Positions 24,326-39,248 are shown, counted from the first letter of the stretch. The stretch: DNA of 64,000 nucleotides from Kofleriaceae bacterium (GCA_965215005.1 CBDCCZ010000044.1:32001-96000); one strand, 5' to 3'. The notes: generated from the letters alone by a model not told the origin. Made by a program: numbers and translations.

Positions 24326-26257
24326 TCAGTCGAGGTACGTATAGGCGCTGAGGCCGTTTTGGAAGCGGCTGATGAGTTGCTTGGACTCGTCCAGCGTAAT
24401 GCGACCGGTGCGGAGCGCCGCCTCGACGTGCGAGCGCAGTCGCTTGAGTAGATCGCTTGGCGAGTAGTCGACGTAGCGCAGCACTTCGGAGACGGTATCG
24501 CCGGCGACGACCTCATCGATGAAATAGGCGCCGTTTTCGCCGAGGGTCACGTGCACGGTGTTGGTGTCGCCAAAGAGGTTGTGCATGTCGCCGAGGATCT
24601 CTTGATAGGCGCCCACGAGAAAGATCCCGAGGTAGTAGTCGCCGCCATCGGGCGGGTGGAGCTCGAGGGCCTTCTTGACGTCGCGCAAATCAATGAACTG
24701 ATCGATCTTGCCATCGGAGTCGCAGGTGATGTCGGCCAGGATTCCGCGATTGACGGGCTCTTCGTTGAGCCGGTGAATCGGCATGATCGGGAACAGCTGG
24801 TCCACCGCCCACGCATCGGGCAGCGACTGGAACATCGAGAAGTTGCAGAAGTAGGTATCGCTGAGAGTTTTCTCGAGCCCTTCGAGCTCTTCGGGAACGT
24901 GCGGCAGGCTGCGCACGATGCCGAGAATGCGCTCGCAGATGGCCCAGAACAGTTGCTCGCAGGTGACTCGCTCTTTGAGCCCGAGGTGCCCGAGGTTGAA
25001 CAGCTGGAGCACCTGATCCTTGTATTCCACCGCGTCGTGATAGCTCTCGAGCAGGTTCTTGAGCTTGACGCCGTGGTAGGTCTCGAAGAGGTTGGCGACC
25101 AGGCCTTCGCCGTCTTCGTCGAGGCTTTCGGGGACCTCGAAGTTGGCGAACTCGGTCACGCCCAAGACGTTCACGACGAGTACTGAATGATGCGCGGCCA
25201 CCGCGCGACCCGACTCGGTCACGATAGTGGGATGCGGCACGTCGCCGGCATCGCACAGCTCCTGCAGGGCATACACGACATCGTTGGCGTATTCCTGCAC
25301 GGTGTAGTTCATCGACGAGGCAAAGTTGGTTTGGGAGCCGTCGTAGTCGACGCCAAGGCCGCCGCCGACGTCGAAGTAACGCAGCTGCCCGCAGCCGAGC
25401 TTGAACAGCTCGACGTAGAGCCGTCCTGCCTCGCGCAGCGCGTTCTTGATCGACCGGATCGAAGAAATTTGCGAGCCGAGGTGAAAGTGCAGCAGCCCGA
25501 GCGTGTCGATCTCGCCCCAACTCTTGAGCTTGTCCACCGCCTCGACCATCTCCGCCGCCGACAAGCCGAACTTGCTGCGGTCGCCTCCCGACTGCTCCCA
25601 GCGCCCCGCGCCTCGCGACGACAAGCGCGCGCGAAATCCCAAGGTCGGCTTGACGCCAACGCGGCCGGCAACGCGATGAATGTGGTCGACCTCGCCCGGC
25701 TTCTCGACCACGAGCACGACGGTGCGGCCGAGTTTCGACGCCAGCAGCGCGGTCTCGATGTACTCATCGTCTTTATAGCCATTGCAGACCACCAGCGCCT
25801 CGGGGTCCTCGTGCATGGCCATGATTGCGAGCAGCTCGGGCTTGGAGCCCGCCTCGAGCCCGTAATGATACGCCCGGCCGAACTCGATGATTTCCTCGAC
25901 CACGCGGCGGTTCTGGTTGACCTTGATCGGATACACGCCGCGGTACGTGCCTTCGTAGCCGTACTCTTTGATGGCACCGCTGAACGCGTCGTTGAGCAGC
26001 TGGATGCGCGCGCGCAAGATGTCTGAGAAGCGCAGCAGGATCGGCAGCTGGATGCCGCGGCCGGTGAGCTCGTCGACCAGCGCCTTCATATCGACTTCGT
26101 GCGGCGAGTCGGTGTTGGGACGAACCACGACGCTGCCGCGGTCGTTGACGCCAAAATACCCGCAGCCCCATCGATTGACGTTGTAGGTCTCCAGAGCGTC
26201 TGCAATGGACCAACGGCGCAAAGGGTCGGTCGCAGCCAATGCCTTGGTACGTGCCAC
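24326..26257 (-). CDS. speA: Biosynthetic arginine decarboxylase
   Basis: YPIKVNQ, GLEAGSKPE, HFHLGSQ, DVGGGLGVDYDG, CDSDG, GAYQEILG. Confidence 0.96.
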   Translation of the reverse strand: MARTKALAATDPLRRWSIADALETYNVNRWGCGYFGVNDRGSVVVRPNTDSPHEVDMKALVDELTGRGIQLPILLRFSDILRARIQLLNDAFSGAIKEYGYEGTYRGVYPIKVNQNRRVVEEIIEFGRAYHYGLEAGSKPELLAIMAMHEDPEALVVCNGYKDDEYIETALLASKLGRTVVLVVEKPGEVDHIHRVAGRVGVKPTLGFRARLSSRGAGRWEQSGGDRSKFGLSAAEMVEAVDKLKSWGEIDTLGLLHFHLGSQISSIRSIKNALREAGRLYVELFKLGCGQLRYFDVGGGLGVDYDGSQTNFASSMNYTVQEYANDVVYALQELCDAGDVPHPTIVTESGRAVAAHHSVLVVNVLGVTEFANFEVPESLDEDGEGLVANLFETYHGVKLKNLLESYHDAVEYKDQVLQLFNLGHLGLKERVTCEQLFWAICERILGIVRSLPHVPEELEGLEKTLSDTYFCNFSMFQSLPDAWAVDQLFPIMPIHRLNEEPVNRGILADITCDSDGKIDQFIDLRDVKKALELHPPDGGDYYLGIFLVGAYQEILGDMHNLFGDTNTVHVTLGENGAYFIDEVVAGDTVSEVLRYVDYSPSDLLKRLRSHVEAALRTGRITLDESKQLISRFQNGLSAYTYLD

Positions 26258-26381
26258 GGTGTTTCACTAAAGCTTTTCCAGGTCTTATGCAATCACCAAT
26301 TCGGCCGCCTCTAAAAAAACGCGCCGCGGTTGCGCGCTGGCTTGCCGGGGTGACGCTTTTGGATAGAGTCGAGCGTTCTGC

Positions 26382-28790
26382 ATGTCGAACCAGGTCAACA
26401 AAGGCTCGGAAGCCGCTGAAATCATCGCCGACGAAGAGAAGCTGCACGCGCGGGTGCAGTCGCGAATCGCGCTCGGCCAAGATGACGGGCGGCATTTGGT
26501 GGGCGCGGCCGATCTGGACAAAGATCTCCTCGAGCTGCGCGATGCGGTGGGCGAAGCCAAGCCCGAAGATCTAGCGCCGCTGGTCGAGCAGATGACGCGG
26601 CTGGCGGCGATCCGCGGGCGGATTGGCGGCTCCCGCACCTTGCCCGTGGACCCGGCATCGCCCTATTTCGCCCACATGACACTGCGGGAGCAGGGCAAGA
26701 GCCGCGACGTGTTGGTCGGCAAACGCGGCTTCATCGACCGCGATAGCGGCGTGCAGATCGTCGATTGGCGCAACGCTCCCGTGTCGCGCATCTACTATCG
26801 CTACGAAGAAGGCGATGATTACGAAGAAGAGATCGCCGGACGCTCCACCGAGGGAGTGGTCGAAGTTCGCCGCAACGTCTCGATTCACGGCGGTCGGCTC
26901 CGCCGCATTGGCGCGCCACAAGGCACCTTCGTTCGCGATGCGCGGAACGTTTGGCACCAGGCGGTTGGCCAGGCGAAACCGGTGCTCCAAGGTGGCTCGG
27001 GCACGGCAGCGCGAGCGCCGCGGCCGGCACCGCGGCCCAAGGAGCGCCAGCGCGGTGGTCGGCTCGGCGTTCACGGCGGTCCGGTGCATCGCGCCGATAA
27101 ACACCTGCCGGAAATCGCCGCGCTGATCGATCGCGAGCAGTTCGAGCTGATCTCGCAGCCAGAGAGCGGAATGGTCGTCATTCAAGGTGGCGCTGGCTCC
27201 GGCAAGACCACGGTGGCGCTGCACCGCATCGCGTATCTCAACTTTGCGGACGCGCGGCGGTTCGCGGCCAACAAAATCCTGTTCGTCGTGCCGTCCCAGG
27301 CGCTCGTCAAGTATGTAGCTGGAGTGCTGCCGTCGCTCGGCGTGAGCGGCGTGCCCGTGGTGACCTACTATGGATGGGCGCGCAACACCCGGCAGAAGCT
27401 CCTGCGCGGCACCAGCAACCAGTACAACAGCGATACGCCGGAAGCCGTTTCCCGCGTCAAGAAGCACCCCGCGTTGCTCGCGCTCCTCGATGAGCTCGTT
27501 GCCGAGCAGGTGCGCGAGGCAGGAGTCGTGCTTGCCGAAGCCGCCGGCGGCGCACGCGGCAAGGTCGAGGGCGCATGGCGTGAGCTGGCGGCCGAGGCGC
27601 TGGTGCCACGCCTCCAACACCTCCACCGCTGGAGCAAAGAGGCCGCGCTCGATTCCGCTGCGCGCATCGCGGTCGAGGGAGTGATCAAGAAGCTGCGCCA
27701 GCGCGCGGTCGACGTGCAGGCGGATTGGGCCGAGCTTCTCACGGATGGTTCGCGACTGGCGCGTGGGTTTGCGGATTGCCCGCGAGAGGTTAGCGACTAT
27801 GACGTGCGCCGCACCGTGCAGTGGTGCATGCAGCAGCTTCGCGAGGCCGGCCCAGCCGTCGATGCCGAAGGCCGCACGATCAGTGGAGTCGATGGTCAAG
27901 GTGTGGACGACGAGCATCCCGGCGGCCGCTATGACGTTGAAGACGATCCGATCTTATTGCGCCTCATTCAGCTCAAGCGAGGCGAGCTGCTCGGCCCCGA
28001 CGGCCACCGCGTGAGCTATGAGCATGTCGCGATCGATGAAGCCCAGGATCGCTCCGCCATCGAGGTCAAGGTGCTTCTCGAGGCGGTCGAGGCCCACGGC
28101 GGCGATGCGACGCAACGCTCGGTGACCATCGCCGGCGACACCGCGCAGCGGGTGGTGTTCGACAACGCCTTCTCCAGCTGGCAGATGCTCCTCGAGCAGA
28201 TCGGTCACGCGGCGCTGATTCGACCGCTGAAGCTTTCCTATCGGTCCACTGCCGAGGTCATGGAGCTGGCGCGCGAAATTCTCGGCCCGGAGCTTGCGCC
28301 CGAAGAGCCGCTGGTGGCGCGCAACGGCGCCCCGGTGGAGCTCCACGAGTTTGGCGACATCGGTGAAGCGGTGGCGTTCTTGGGCGATGCGCTGCGCGGG
28401 CTCATGAGCCGCGAGCGGGGCGCCTCGGTGGCGCTCATCGCACGTCATCCCGAGCAGGCCGAGGCATATTTTAGCGGCTTGCGACGCGCCGAGGTGCCGG
28501 CGTTGCGGCTGGTGCGGGGCGATGATTTCTCCTTCACGCCCGGCGTCGACGTTGTCGATGCAGCGCGGGTCAAGGGGCTCGAGTTCGACTACGTGATCAT
28601 GGTCGAGGTCAACGCTTCGAGCTATTCGGCCACAGTCGAAGCGCGCCATCTATTTCATATTGCCGCCACTCGCGCCGCGCACCAGCTGTGGTTGATATCC
28701 ACTGGCGAGGTGTCGCCGCTGATCCCCGAACGGCTGCGCGTCGGCGGCGAGGGCTACGTGCGCGTCGACGCGGCTAGCGAGGAGTCGTGA
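26382..28790 (+). CDS. HelD-like SF1 ATPase (UvrD superfamily)
   Basis: SPYFAH, IVDWRNAPVSRIYY, GGAGSGKTTVALHRIAYL, DEAQD, YRST, KGLEFD, TRA. Confidence 0.82.
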   Translation: MSNQVNKGSEAAEIIADEEKLHARVQSRIALGQDDGRHLVGAADLDKDLLELRDAVGEAKPEDLAPLVEQMTRLAAIRGRIGGSRTLPVDPASPYFAHMTLREQGKSRDVLVGKRGFIDRDSGVQIVDWRNAPVSRIYYRYEEGDDYEEEIAGRSTEGVVEVRRNVSIHGGRLRRIGAPQGTFVRDARNVWHQAVGQAKPVLQGGSGTAARAPRPAPRPKERQRGGRLGVHGGPVHRADKHLPEIAALIDREQFELISQPESGMVVIQGGAGSGKTTVALHRIAYLNFADARRFAANKILFVVPSQALVKYVAGVLPSLGVSGVPVVTYYGWARNTRQKLLRGTSNQYNSDTPEAVSRVKKHPALLALLDELVAEQVREAGVVLAEAAGGARGKVEGAWRELAAEALVPRLQHLHRWSKEAALDSAARIAVEGVIKKLRQRAVDVQADWAELLTDGSRLARGFADCPREVSDYDVRRTVQWCMQQLREAGPAVDAEGRTISGVDGQGVDDEHPGGRYDVEDDPILLRLIQLKRGELLGPDGHRVSYEHVAIDEAQDRSAIEVKVLLEAVEAHGGDATQRSVTIAGDTAQRVVFDNAFSSWQMLLEQIGHAALIRPLKLSYRSTAEVMELAREILGPELAPEEPLVARNGAPVELHEFGDIGEAVAFLGDALRGLMSRERGASVALIARHPEQAEAYFSGLRRAEVPALRLVRGDDFSFTPGVDVVDAARVKGLEFDYVIMVEVNASSYSATVEARHLFHIAATRAAHQLWLISTGEVSPLIPERLRVGGEGYVRVDAASEES

Positions 28791-28840
28791 GTGATCGCTC
28801 GAGAATCGGCGCCGCTCGCGCCATAGACTGAAAGAACCGC

Positions 28841-30146
28841 ATGACCCGCGCCCGCCGTAGCCTCATCATCATCGTGGTCCTGTTTACCCTTGCGGGGGTC
28901 ATTGCCGGTGCCGGCATCTGGTGGATGCGAGCAGCTCGCCCCGAGCCCGGGGCGGTCGTCGAGGTCGTGGCTCTCGATCAAGGGGCAGGCGGCGGTGGTG
29001 CGGCAAGTCCGCGGCGAGACCGAGCGGCACTTTTTCGACTTGATCGATGCGTCCGGTCGGCTGCGGTGGTCTGGGCTCATTGGCGATTATCCGTTCGCGG
29101 ATCGCGAGCCACCGCCCATCGCGGCCAGCGGTGAGGTTCTCACGGTCATCATGGTTTCACGGGGGGAGCCGGCGCTGGTGGGATTTCATCGCCGTCATGG
29201 CGAGAAGCTCGGCAGTCAATCGCAAGTCGAAGATCTGGGGGCGCGCGCGCAGCTGGCGGCAGTGCCCATCGTGACTGGCGCCAAACAGTCGTACTACCTT
29301 TACGACGATGGCTCCGGTAGCACCCGCATCGTTGCCATCGAGCCGCAGTGGGGCGGCGAGGTATGGCGTCGGCAGGTTCATGGAAGAGTGATCGCGGCCG
29401 CCGAGCTAGGCGATGCTCTCGCGTTACACGTTGGCGACGGCGGCGCGTTGGAGCTGCTCGATTCCGCGGGCGGAGAGCCCCGCGCGCGCGTCGAGCTCGA
29501 CCCGGACACGCCGGTGTGCCTGCGGCCTGAGCGCGCGTTCATCGAGCAACAGGGCGCCGTTCGCGCGGTCGATGCTTCAGGTGCGGTGGGCGCGCCTCTC
29601 GAGCTCGATCATCTGGGTCGCGTCTGCACCGGGACGCCGGAGCTCGACATTCTTGGCGTGCGCGACGGCTTGGCAGCGGTGCGAAACGGCGATGAGATTT
29701 CTTGGAAGGTGATGCTCGACTGGCTGCGCCCGCCCGCACCGCTGGAATCGCCACGCGAGGCGGGCGACGTTCTTGCAGTGCACACGGGTGCGCGCGCGGT
29801 GGCGGTGAGCACCAGCGATGGGCGCACGGTGTGGCGCTCAGAAGGGGCGAGCGGACTGCGGCTGCTCTATGGTCCCGGCAGTCGCCACCTGCTGCACGAT
29901 CCTGAGCGTCACCTCATTGGCGTGTTGGAAAACGGCGAGGTGGTCGCCGCGGCCGAGCTCGGTGCCTGGCAACCACCTGCGGCGGCGGCTTTGTCGGCGG
30001 AGCAGCTGTGGCTCCACCGAGATGAGGAGGTGGCTGCTTTCGAGCTGACCACTCTGGCGCCCATCGACCGCGCGGCGGTTGCGCCCCTTTCTCTCATTGA
30101 GGCCAGAAAACTGGCCTCGCTGTTCGGGCTTTCGACCGGCACCTAG
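28841..30146 (+). pseudogene. Frameshifted membrane-anchored PQQ/beta-propeller-like protein (or a sequencing indel)
   Basis: The N-terminal TM frame (28841) and body frame (28890-30146) join if one G is removed from GGGG at 28982-28985; Trp-docking repeats (GRLRW, GEVWRR, GRTVWR). Confidence 0.65.
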
Positions 30147-30274
30147 TGGTATCGGTCTTCCCGCGGCGGCGCACTCCAGACGCGAGCGGCGATGCATGCT
30201 CAGCAGCGCCGAGCCGTTGCAGCTTGCTTTTTGCTTGCGTCACGTTATCGTGGGCCCGCTCGGACACATAGCTG

Positions 30275-32050
<1,776 letters not shown>

Positions 32051-32074
32051 AGCTTACTTAAAAGAGACAACTTG

Positions 32075-32103
32075 AGCTCGCCGCCGCTCGAAGGCGGCGA
32101 GCT
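32075..32103 (+). terminator. Stable hairpin downstream of thiC
   Basis: AGCTCGCCGCC / GGCGGCGAGCT 11-bp stem; no U-tract on +. Confidence 0.4.
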
Positions 32104-32306
32104 ATCGAGTCGGGCAATCGCGGCCAAATCGCCCGGATGTTCCCGGAGGTTTGCGGGCGTATTGGCAGCATTTCAGAGCGCTCGCCGGCCGCGACTCGCC
32201 GACTTTCCCGGTCACCAGCGTTGCGCCGCGCGCCGCTACCGTTATGATTCCGCCCGCTGCGGCCGTTTGAGGGGCTGCAGCGGGTTGACTGTTTCGGGGA
32301 GTCGTC

Positions 32307-33398
32307 GTGTCGGCAAAGAAGCGAACGTTCAAGATGGAGAAGCTGGCCCGCGTCTACGATGACGAGGTCCTTCCCGTCTGGTCGCAGCGGTTTGGCAAGA
32401 TGCTCCTGCGCAGCCTCGAGGTGGCGCCTCGCAGTCAGGTGCTCGATGTTGCGTGTGGCACTGGCTATCCAGCGGTTGAGGTGCTGCGCCGCATGGACGA
32501 TGCGAGTCGGCTTATCGCCATCGATGCGTCCTCGGCAATGCTAGACGTCGCGCGCAAGAAGATCGCAGAGCTGGGCAACCGCAACGTTTTCTTTCGCACC
32601 GAAGCGATCGATCCCAAGCTGTCGTTTGCCGACGACGTCTACGACCTGACGATCTGCAACTTGGGCCTCTCGGAAATGGATGATCCGGTGGCGGCCTTGA
32701 CCGATCTCGCTCGGGTGACGCGGCCGGGCGGGCAGGTGCGGTGCACGCTTCCGCTCGAAGGAACGTTTCAGGAGTTCTTCGACATCTATCGCGAAGTTCT
32801 GACCAAGCACGACAAGCAAGCCGCCCAGACTCGCCTTGCCGAGCATCTCGCGGCTCGGTATCCGAGCGCCGAGCGGGCCGAGCAGTGGCTCGAGCGCGCT
32901 GGCCTCATCGACCGACAGCTCGAAGTGGAAGAGTTCCGGCTGCTGTTCAAGAGCTCGCGCGAGTTCTTCTTTGCCCCGGTCATCGAGTACGGGCCGCTGA
33001 TGGAGTGGAAAGAGATCGCGGGGGCGGGCCAGGACATGCAGGACGTGTTTTGGTACATCAAAGAGGCGATCGATGCCTACTTCGGGAACCGTGCGTTCGA
33101 GGTGACCGTGAAGGCCGGCTGTTTGATCGGCACGGTGCCAGAGCTCGTCGAGGACGCGATAACCGATCAAGTGCCGCGGGTGCGTCTGGAAGACGCTTTC
33201 GAGCCGGAGCCAACTCCGCAGGTGGTGGAGCTCGGCGAGGTGACGTCGGAGATCAACATCGACGAGCTCGAAGAAGTCGGCGCCGGATCCGGTCCTACGA
33301 CGCCGATCCGGCCGCCGACCGCCGAGGACGAGGAGCCGCTCGAGGCATTTGTCGATGGCGCGCGCCGGCCGCCGCATCTCGATTCGGGCGAGCCGTAG
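32307..33398 (+). CDS. Class I SAM-dependent methyltransferase with acidic C-terminal tail
   Basis: VLDVACGTG, AIDASSAML, RVTRPGG. Confidence 0.88.
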   Translation: MSAKKRTFKMEKLARVYDDEVLPVWSQRFGKMLLRSLEVAPRSQVLDVACGTGYPAVEVLRRMDDASRLIAIDASSAMLDVARKKIAELGNRNVFFRTEAIDPKLSFADDVYDLTICNLGLSEMDDPVAALTDLARVTRPGGQVRCTLPLEGTFQEFFDIYREVLTKHDKQAAQTRLAEHLAARYPSAERAEQWLERAGLIDRQLEVEEFRLLFKSSREFFFAPVIEYGPLMEWKEIAGAGQDMQDVFWYIKEAIDAYFGNRAFEVTVKAGCLIGTVPELVEDAITDQVPRVRLEDAFEPEPTPQVVELGEVTSEINIDELEEVGAGSGPTTPIRPPTAEDEEPLEAFVDGARRPPHLDSGEP

Positions 33399-33438
33399 CG
33401 GTTCGAGGCGACTTTTTTCTGCTCAACGTCTCGGATAA

Positions 33439-35664
<2,226 letters not shown>

Positions 35665-35692
35665 ACCGAACCATTGCGCGGCGAATGCGCCA

Positions 35693-37717
35693 TCAAACGA
35701 GCTTACGGCGGATGCGGCGGTTCCAGGTGCGCGAAAAGACGCGCCGTTTGCCTTCGAAGGCATCGAGCTCGGCGCTGAGGTGAAAACTATCCGCGTCGGC
35801 AGTGAGGAGGGTGTGGGTCGTCGCCCGGACATTCCAATCGCCGCGCTTAAAGGCGCGGAGCGTGCGGGTCTCGCCGCTGATCGAGTTGAAATTGTCGCCT
35901 TGCGATCGATACCACTCGCGCGTTCGCTTCTGCACCTCGAGCTCGATTTCGTCGATGGCGAAGTGGCCGTCGTGGCGCACCACCTCCAGACACGCTTCGT
36001 CGCTCGCGAGGTCGTGAATGACGCGCCAGTTCTCCCGGCCCGGAGCGATCACGCGTTGCTCGATCGGCGGCGCGATCTCCGCAGGTGGGAACGCCGCCAG
36101 CGCCGCATCGTCTTCTGGTCGCGGCCGCCGCACCGGCAGAATGAGCTGTGAGCTCTGCAGATGGATTGTGACCTCGGTGGGCTCCGGCGGCGGCCAGGCC
36201 AGGGGCCAATACGACGTGGAGATCGATACGCGGATGCGATGACCGGCAGGAAACGAGTGCGCGGCACCATTGCATGACACCTGCACCTGATAGCGCCTGT
36301 CCGGTACCAGTGCGGCGGGCTGCGCGTGACCCTCTCGATGGGTGAGGTTTAGCAGCCCGTACGTCACACGGGTGACCTTGCCATCTGGCAGCACGTCGGA
36401 TACCCGAACGGCAACTTGTGCCACCGGACGATTGGCCGACACGTCGAGCTCGACGATGGGTTGTCCGAGGATCTCGAGGCGCTCGCGCAGTGGCTCGGTC
36501 TCGAAGATGAGCGACCCCCCATCGTCGCTGCGCTGGTCGCCGGGCAAGTCGGGAGTTGCTGCATACGAGCACCACTTGCCCGCAAATAGCCCAACGGACA
36601 GTGGAGACTGCACCGAGACCGAATCGGAGACCGCTCCAGGTGCGCTCTGCACGAGCAGTCCACGCTTCAAGCTCCAGGTGCGCCGCTCGAGGTTTGGTGA
36701 CGGCCACTGCCTCTCGGCAACCCAGCGGCCAGGACGGGTCCGATAGGCGGTGCGTGGTGGCACGCTGTCCTGCATCCAGACCCGCAGCGTAGGCTCATTC
36801 TCGACTCCGTTATCGATGTCGCGAAGCCAGCGATCGAGCCAACGCAGTGTCTCTTGCAAGAAGCCAATGGCTGGTCCAGGGACGCCCAGGTGCGGGTATT
36901 TATGGCTCCACGGGCCGATGAGACCGCGCCGCGGCACCTTCAGGTGCTCGAGCAAGCGGAATACTGCGTTCGTGTAGCCGTCGGCCCAGCCGCTGGCGCA
37001 GAGCACGGGGCATTCGATTGCGTCATATTCGCGTCGCACCGAGCCAACGTCCCAGTAGGCATCGTGGTGCTGATGCTCGAGCCAGGTTTCGAGCCACATA
37101 CCGCTACCGTCGAGACGGTCGAGCCACATCTGCCGCCAGCGTTCACCAACCAGCTCCGGGTCGGGTGGGCACGAATTGAAGGCAGCCATGGTGGTCGCTT
37201 CGGAGAGATTATCACCGAGTAGGCAACCGCCCATGTAGTGCATGTTATCGACGTACAGGTCATCGGTTGCAGAGGCAACGACGATGGCTTTGAGCGCTGG
37301 AGGTCGTCGCGCGGCAATCTGCAGCGCGGCAAAGCCGCCCCACGAGATGCCGAACATGGCTACCTTGCCGTTGCACCATGGCTGCTTGGCAATCCAGGCG
37401 AGAACCTCGAGGCCATCGGTCTGCTCCTGTTCGAGGAACTGGTCCTGCAGCACCCCTTCGGAGTCGCCGCTGCCGCGCAAGTCGACGCGAACGCACGCAT
37501 ACCCATGGCCCGCGAAGTAGGGATGGTTCATCGCATCACGACCACGCGTGAGGTCGCGCTTGCGGTAGGGAATGTACTCGAGCAGCGCTGGCGCTGGCTC
37601 GTTCATCGCGTTGTGAGGCAGCCAGATGCGTGCGGCCAAGCGGGTTCCGTCCGCGAGCGGAATCCACTCATGCTCGAGTATCCGAACAGAATGGGGAAAA
37701 TCGGTGACTACATTCAT
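35693..37717 (-). CDS. CocE/NonD family hydrolase (peptidase S15)
   Basis: PYRK, DLRGSGDSEG, GISWGG nucleophile, GWADGY, IGPWSH; PepX-like C-terminal domain. Confidence 0.92.
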   Translation of the reverse strand: MNVVTDFPHSVRILEHEWIPLADGTRLAARIWLPHNAMNEPAPALLEYIPYRKRDLTRGRDAMNHPYFAGHGYACVRVDLRGSGDSEGVLQDQFLEQEQTDGLEVLAWIAKQPWCNGKVAMFGISWGGFAALQIAARRPPALKAIVVASATDDLYVDNMHYMGGCLLGDNLSEATTMAAFNSCPPDPELVGERWRQMWLDRLDGSGMWLETWLEHQHHDAYWDVGSVRREYDAIECPVLCASGWADGYTNAVFRLLEHLKVPRRGLIGPWSHKYPHLGVPGPAIGFLQETLRWLDRWLRDIDNGVENEPTLRVWMQDSVPPRTAYRTRPGRWVAERQWPSPNLERRTWSLKRGLLVQSAPGAVSDSVSVQSPLSVGLFAGKWCSYAATPDLPGDQRSDDGGSLIFETEPLRERLEILGQPIVELDVSANRPVAQVAVRVSDVLPDGKVTRVTYGLLNLTHREGHAQPAALVPDRRYQVQVSCNGAAHSFPAGHRIRVSISTSYWPLAWPPPEPTEVTIHLQSSQLILPVRRPRPEDDAALAAFPPAEIAPPIEQRVIAPGRENWRVIHDLASDEACLEVVRHDGHFAIDEIELEVQKRTREWYRSQGDNFNSISGETRTLRAFKRGDWNVRATTHTLLTADADSFHLSAELDAFEGKRRVFSRTWNRRIRRKLV

Positions 37718-37743
37718 TATGGTTATGCTGGGCTAACGGGTTC

Positions 37744-39027
37744 TTATTCTCGGTCTTCGAACGGCTGCATCTCGAACCGCAGTCGCGAGGCGACGGTGTC
37801 GTAGTGCTCGAGAATCTGCTCACGGCTGTCGGCGGCTAGATACAGCTGCGCGAGCTCGAACGAGTAGGCGTCTTGGTCCTCGAGGTCGCGGACATCGAGC
37901 CCTTCTTTTACGCTGAGTCGCACGAAGCAATCGGGTAGTCCTTTGCACGCCTCCTCGAGCTCTTGCTGGCTTGGCACGCGCTCGACGATGCCGGGTTGAT
38001 GACATCGCAAGAACGCTTTTGCCGCTTTGCGATGCCGCCCCGCCCCAGGATGGACGCGTGGCGCTTGTCCCAGCGCGATCGCTACGGCGATCTCGTGGTC
38101 GGATGCCCCATCGACCATGTCCCAGAGGTAGGCATGCGACTGGGACATGCGCGGATTGACCTCGACGATGGCCAGCTTATCGGTGTCGGGATCCCAGAAG
38201 TACTCGGCGTTGAAGCAGCTGTTGTCGAAGCCGATGTGGCGGATGAACGCAGTGCCTGCTTCGTTCATGCGCTCGAGGACGGCAGCGGGAAGCTCCGTCG
38301 GGTATTCGTAGCGGTGGAACGTTTCTTGGTGTCGGACCATGTCCAACGCGCCGTGAATGCGCACTTGCCCCCGGTAGACGTGGCCTTCGTGGGCAACCTC
38401 TACCCCGGTTAGATACTCCTCGACGATGCAATCGGTGCCGCTGACGTCGGCGACCTCTGCCGGCAAATCAACGCGCTCGAGGACGTCGTCGAACGGGTCG
38501 CCGAGGCGATGAATCGCCTCGCGTATCTCGCCGAGAGCCGCGTCGAGCTGCTGCCGGTTTTCGATCTTGAAGCCGAGCTGCGAGCTAAATCCCTTGACCG
38601 GCTTGATCCAATACGGATAGGGCAGCTCAATCGACTCGGCGGCGTCGCTAGCCATCGGATCGACGCGCTGAAATCGCGGCGTGAGCTCGGGAATGATCTC
38701 CCGTTGCCGCAAACGGCTCCAATACTTATGAGAGCACTGCAGGACGCTGCGCAACGATGGCCCCGGAAGTCCACGTTCCGCGCACAAGATCGGCACTAGC
38801 ACCGTGGTTGGGAAATCCCAGTGCGCAACGATGGCATCGACGGAACCAGGAAAGGCATCGAGTTGGCGACGCGCCTTCGTTAGTAACTCGTCGATGTCGA
38901 CGTTCTTGGCGTGGACGACGTCGCTAGGGCTCAGGAGGGAATGAAACTGATGTTCGTCGGCTTGACGAATTGTCTGCAGCTCGCGGCGCTGCAGCTCATC
39001 CAGCGCGACGATGAAGATATTAGCCAT
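37744..39027 (-). CDS. ATP-grasp domain protein (amino-acid/peptide ligase-like)
   Basis: HKYWSR, PYWIKP, IVEEYL, NAEYF...EVNPRMS. Confidence 0.85.
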   Translation of the reverse strand: MANIFIVALDELQRRELQTIRQADEHQFHSLLSPSDVVHAKNVDIDELLTKARRQLDAFPGSVDAIVAHWDFPTTVLVPILCAERGLPGPSLRSVLQCSHKYWSRLRQREIIPELTPRFQRVDPMASDAAESIELPYPYWIKPVKGFSSQLGFKIENRQQLDAALGEIREAIHRLGDPFDDVLERVDLPAEVADVSGTDCIVEEYLTGVEVAHEGHVYRGQVRIHGALDMVRHQETFHRYEYPTELPAAVLERMNEAGTAFIRHIGFDNSCFNAEYFWDPDTDKLAIVEVNPRMSQSHAYLWDMVDGASDHEIAVAIALGQAPRVHPGAGRHRKAAKAFLRCHQPGIVERVPSQQELEEACKGLPDCFVRLSVKEGLDVRDLEDQDAYSFELAQLYLAADSREQILEHYDTVASRLRFEMQPFEDRE

Positions 39028-39248
39028 GTGCACCTCGATGTTGCGTTGCCGCTTGGGTGTCGCGGCGAGGCCTCAGATTGCAACCGAGGGGCCATCATGG
39101 ATTCACCCCGTGTCGCCAACGACACGCGTGCTGTGCGATGCCCGGCGGCCTGGCGTGAACCACCCCAACCGGAAGGATTGGTGGCGGAGACGCCGTAGGG
39201 TAGCTGCGGGTATCGCGACGCAGGCGCCGGGCAGCTAGTGCGCCATGG

